From an uncultured delta proteobacterium (lineage in GTDB: Bacteria; Desulfobacterota; Desulfomonilia; UBA1062): a DNA stretch of 64,000 nucleotides. Shown piece after piece: positions 60,113 to 64,000 of this stretch (the first letter of the stretch is position 1; every line of letters begins with the position of its first letter). The notes beneath the pieces were generated by a model. The model had not been told where the DNA came from and did no database searches. It worked only from the letters and a program-made list of their open reading frames with translations. The position numbers and the translations under genes were made by a program. The stretch lies in assembly GCA_963785235.1 (NCBI GenBank), contig CAWAUM010000011.1:32001-96000 (forward strand). Direction: 5' to 3'.

Positions 60113-60544
60113 ATGAAGACATTTAAAGAACTTCGGAAATCAAAGGGATTGACCATGGGCAGCCTGGCTGAACTCAGTGGTGTATCGGCAAAAACCGTAT
60201 CCGTGTACGAGCAGGAACCGCCTGCACGGCCAAGCAGAAAGGTCGTGGGCAAGCTCTCTGAAGCTCTCAAGATCAAGCCGGAAGAACTTATGGCATGCAT
60301 ATATCCCGCAAAGAAGGGCACAGGCGTACGGGGCAGCGTGACCACAGAAGACAACATCATGCTGGAAGAAGTGCATGTGAACAGGCTCGTCAGGCTCATT
60401 GACAAAGAGCTCGAAGAACTCCGCTACATACTTCTGGAAAGTGTTGAACTCGCTGATGATTATCCCTCCATCGGCAAATGCATGGACATGGTCGCCTTTG
60501 ACATTGAGCTGCTCTCTGAGATAAAGGGTCGGTTCCTGGAGTAA
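60113..60544 (+). CDS. XRE-family helix-turn-helix protein
   Basis: KELRKSKGLTMGSLAELSGVSAKTVSVYE...LSEALKI; GGAGG RBS. Confidence 0.8.
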   Translation: MKTFKELRKSKGLTMGSLAELSGVSAKTVSVYEQEPPARPSRKVVGKLSEALKIKPEELMACIYPAKKGTGVRGSVTTEDNIMLEEVHVNRLVRLIDKELEELRYILLESVELADDYPSIGKCMDMVAFDIELLSEIKGRFLE

Positions 60545-60611
60545 TTGAGGAAGTGAGACGAGATATTCTTTCAGGCAGGACAACTATCGCAAGATCACAT
60601 AAAGAGCATAG

Positions 60612-61271
60612 ATGATCATCCTTGATAATGTCACAAAGATCTATCACGATACCGTCTATGCTGTCCGGGACATATCCCTGAACATTGAAAAAGGCGACCT
60701 GTGCTTCATTGTCGGGCCATCCGGTGCAGGCAAGACAACGCTGTTGAAGCTCATGTTCGGCATGGAGGCCCCATCACGGGGCACTGTGGGTGTCTTCGGC
60801 CGGAATCTTGCGGGACTCAGCGCTTCGAGTATTCAGGCCATCAGGCGCCATACAGGGTTTGTATTTCAGGACTTCAGGCTCATCGAAGACTGGACTGTCT
60901 TTAACAACGCCGCCATCATCCTGGAGATCCTGGGCAAGCCGGCTGTATATGTCAGGGGCAGGGTGTGGAGAATGCTCAAATGGGTCGGGCTCCAGCACAA
61001 GGTATATGAGCGGGCCAGGGACCTTTCAGGCGGCGAGAGGCAACGCCTCGCCCTTGTACGTGCAATGATCCATGATCCTGACATTATCCTGGCGGATGAA
61101 CCTGTGGGAAACCTTGATGAATCCATGGCCAGGTATATGATGAATGTGTTCCTGAAGCTCAATAAAAAGGGCACAACCATCATTATAGCCAGCCATCGAA
61201 GCGACCCGCTCATGGATTATGCAAAGATCATCCACATGGAACGAGGCGGCATCACGGGTGAGGGCACGTAA
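60612..61271 (+). CDS. ftsE: Cell division ATP-binding protein FtsE
   Basis: GPSGAGKT, VFQDFRL, LSGGERQR, ADEPVGNLD; ftsX follows. Confidence 0.88.
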   Translation: MIILDNVTKIYHDTVYAVRDISLNIEKGDLCFIVGPSGAGKTTLLKLMFGMEAPSRGTVGVFGRNLAGLSASSIQAIRRHTGFVFQDFRLIEDWTVFNNAAIILEILGKPAVYVRGRVWRMLKWVGLQHKVYERARDLSGGERQRLALVRAMIHDPDIILADEPVGNLDESMARYMMNVFLKLNKKGTTIIIASHRSDPLMDYAKIIHMERGGITGEGT

Positions 61272-62141
61272 ATGATCCGGTTTTATTACATCCTCAAACT
61301 CATCATGCGGGGTCTGCACCTGCGGCCATGGGGCGGCCTTCTTACGCTTGTATCCTGCTGGTTCGCCCTGTGCCAGCTCTCGGTTGTGTTTTATACGGTG
61401 AATGTGGCCGACAGGATAAGCACCATGCCCGCCACCTCGGGTTCCATAATTGCTTACCTGGAAGACTCCACCCCACAGCCACGTATCGCGCAGATGGAGG
61501 AGGAGCTTCGTAAAATGGGTGCGGTCTCAAAGGTGCAATACATTCCCAGGCAGTCCGGCCTGGACAAGATGACACAGTGGCTCGGGCCTGATAACCCTTT
61601 GGTGGAAGGCGTGGATCCACGGATATTGCCTGATGCCTTCGAGATTACCCTCAAGCGCGAGTATGCAGACAAGGTTGCCATGATTGCACAGACAGTGGGC
61701 AAATTAGCAGGTGTGGATGATGTCCGCTACCGCAAGGGCCTCATCGGTTCAATTGCCGGATCCTTCTCCCGAATTGTATTCGGTGCATCCGTGCTGGGCG
61801 CAATTGTGGTGATCTGCCTGGCCCTGGTGATCTTTCTTTCCATCCGGGTGGGAATTATCTCCAGGAAGCAGGAGATAGAGGTCATGGGCATGCTCGGCGC
61901 CAACTATATCTTCATCTATGCACCCTACCTGATCGAGGCCGGGATGTACGGGTTTCTCGGGTCCATTGCAGCCCTTGCAACAACTGGAGCAGGGATTGCC
62001 TATCTGCAGGTCCAGTTCACTTCACTGCAGGCTTTTTTACGGCCCATGGACACCTACCAGGCGGCCACGGTGGTATTTTTTGCCTGTTTCTGCAGCATCT
62101 TAGGAGCGCTATTAGCCATCAAGAGGAGTATTGATGCCTAG
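61272..62141 (+). CDS. ftsX: Cell division permease FtsX
   Basis: LPDAFEI, GVDDVRY, RKQEIEVMGMLGA..FIYAPYLIE. Confidence 0.88.
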   Translation: MIRFYYILKLIMRGLHLRPWGGLLTLVSCWFALCQLSVVFYTVNVADRISTMPATSGSIIAYLEDSTPQPRIAQMEEELRKMGAVSKVQYIPRQSGLDKMTQWLGPDNPLVEGVDPRILPDAFEITLKREYADKVAMIAQTVGKLAGVDDVRYRKGLIGSIAGSFSRIVFGASVLGAIVVICLALVIFLSIRVGIISRKQEIEVMGMLGANYIFIYAPYLIEAGMYGFLGSIAALATTGAGIAYLQVQFTSLQAFLRPMDTYQAATVVFFACFCSILGALLAIKRSIDA

Positions 62142-63190
62142 GAAGCTCCTCATGGCGCTTCTTATCCTGGTGCTCTTGTACACCCCGGCGTCTGCAAAAA
62201 ACGAATCGAGCCGCTTGAAGGAGCTTGGCAAAAAGGTCCAGGCCATTGATCTCAAACGCCGTTCAGAGGAGCAAAGGGTTCAGGATATTGACAGGAATAT
62301 CTCTGCCATGCAGGGCGAGATAGCCGCTGTCAGGAATGAGGCCGTTGTCATTAACGAGAAGATCAGGGAGCTCAGGGCACAGATTGTGTATTACCAGCGG
62401 GCCCTGGGCGAGTCCCAGGGGATGTTGAGACGGAAGTGGGTTGCACTGTACAAGGGTGCATATCTCGATATGGCGGACATTGTATACACCCACGGCGAGT
62501 ATTCGGGATACATAGATGCCATCATCTCCAAGAATAAGGATGAGCTCATGGGTTACCGCAAGACACGTGAGCAGCTGTTTAATGCCAAAGCACGGCTCGA
62601 TAATGTCTCCAGGGAACAGAAGGATAACCTGAACATGCTCCAGGGAAAGGTCGGTTCGCTTAATGGCCAGCGGGAGAAAAAGTCTGTTCTGCTGGCCTCG
62701 CTGCGCAAAGAAAAACAATCCTATCAGGAAGAGATTCAGCGTCTCCTGAAAGAATTACAGGCCCGAAAGACGTATGCTCCCAACAGGGGCATGGCCAAAA
62801 AGATGGGAGATCTGCCCTGGCCTGTGGCAGGAAGGATTGTGCGGGGATTTGGGATATCAAGGGAGAAGGGATATGCCCTCATATCCCATGGGGTGGACAT
62901 AGAGGCCGATGAGGGGGCGCCGGTGAAAACAATCCATGCCGGCAAGATCGTATTTTATAATTGGGTCACAAACTTCGGCAATACCATGATCATCGACCAT
63001 GGAGGCTCTCTGTATTCCGTCTATGGCCATCTCCAGAAATCCTTGAAATCTCCCGGAGAGTCCGTGGAATACACGAGAGGATGTGGCGCTGGTGGGTCAG
63101 AGCGGGGATGTGTTACGGCCGACCCTGCATTTTGAAATACGCTATAACGATAAACCCCAGGACCCGGCCAAGTGGCTCTCTCGGAAATAG
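62134..63190 (+). CDS. envC: Murein hydrolase activator EnvC-like (coiled coil + M23), frameshifted near 63067
   Basis: LPWPVAG, HGVDI, YGH; the shifted frame continues VGQSG..PTLHFEIR..DPAKWLSRK to TAG at 63190. Confidence 0.8.
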
Positions 63191-63258
63191 TGGATATTTT
63201 AACCTCACGAAAGATATGGTATATGACGATTCTATAACAAAGCATTCGCTTTGAGAGG

Positions 63259-64000
63259 ATGGGTATGAGAAACGCTAAGAGAATACTGTTGGGTTTTGTT
63301 GTTGCCGCATTCATGGGTTTCTTCCTTCTGCAGCACACGGACACACTCAATGCAGAATCCACAAATATTTTTCCGGATCTCCAGAAGTTCACCGACTGCC
63401 TTGATCTTATTCAGAAGTATTATGTGGAGGAGGTAAAAGCAGGTACCCTCATTGATGGCGCCATCAAAGGAATGGTCTCAGTCCTTGACCCGCATTCAGC
63501 ATACCTTTCCAAGGAAGATTACAAGGAGATGCAGATCAGCACAACCGGGACCTTCGGCGGGCTTGGAATCGAGATAGGGCTTCGGAACGGCCAGCTTACC
63601 ATCATTACTCCCATTGAAGGCACACCCGCCTTTATTTCCGGTATCCGCCCCGGTGACAGGATCATAAAGATAGACAGCACGTTCACCAATGAAATGACCA
63701 TCGAAGATGCGGTCAAGCTCTTAAGAGGCCCCAAGGGATCGAAGGTGAAACTGACAATCCTGCGCGAGTCCCAGGAGAAACCCATTGAGTTTGTCATTAC
63801 CAGGGCCATCATCCATATCGACAGCGTGCATTTCTCAGATGATCGAGCCTGGTTATGGATACATCAAGGTCAGGAACTTCCAGGTGGATACCTCCGAGGC
63901 CGTGCGCAAGGCCATGCAGAAGATGGCGCCGCTCAAGGGACTGGTACTTGACCTCAGATACGACCCGGGCGGACTCCTGGATCAGGCCATTGCGGTGAGC
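63259..64000 (+). CDS. ctpA: Carboxy-terminal processing protease (S41A), frameshifted near 63832, truncated by the window end
   Basis: LDPHSAY, FGGLGIEI PDZ; the shifted frame gives GYIKVRNFQ...GLVLDLRYDPGGLL. Confidence 0.85.

Noticed and set aside
1-64000. Many long alternative-frame or antisense ORFs in the track (e.g. 34750..35796-, 12543..13367+, 19830..20627+, 37041..37802-, 44034..44768-)
   Set aside because: They shadow well-supported genes, have no recognisable motifs, and are expected from GC-rich codon bias
1-64000. CRISPR array, rRNA or tRNA genes
   Set aside because: No regularly spaced direct repeats with unique spacers, no cas genes, and no rRNA or tRNA cloverleaf signatures seen

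Overview
Bacterial chromosomal window; gene content (sigma54/IHF promoter, CoA-metabolism cluster, housekeeping order) suggests an anaerobic Deltaproteobacterium/Desulfobacterota-like organism (inference). Layout: transport genes including an NRAMP-type Mg2+ transporter plus an MgtE-N/CBS partner (0.5-7 kb); a ~22 kb minus-strand Wzm/Wzt-dependent surface-polysaccharide cluster (7.2-29.6 kb); an acyl-CoA catabolic cluster (30-35.7 kb); an oxidoreductase pair among REP-like palindromes; an accessory patch (Fic, Fic remnant, FicA-like ORF, AAA_14-DUF4143, three tiny membrane-protein genes under a sigma54 promoter, RAYT-type transposase; 39.6-44.6 kb); then housekeeping genes (ssb, aminotransferase, rph, rdgB, archease-rtcB, rplY, greA, rmuC, TM0106 nuclease, ftsEX-envC-ctpA). 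Best candidates for undescribed biology: the sigma54-driven micro-protein operon containing two apparent paralogues absent from the ORF track; a 12-codon leader ORF with mutually exclusive hairpins upstream of the Mg2+ transporter; a kinase-like/methyltransferase fusion coupled to wzt; and two related long palindromes upstream of archease-rtcB. Four genes carry single-base insertions, most likely sequencing errors. All family calls come from motif recognition by eye; no searches were run.
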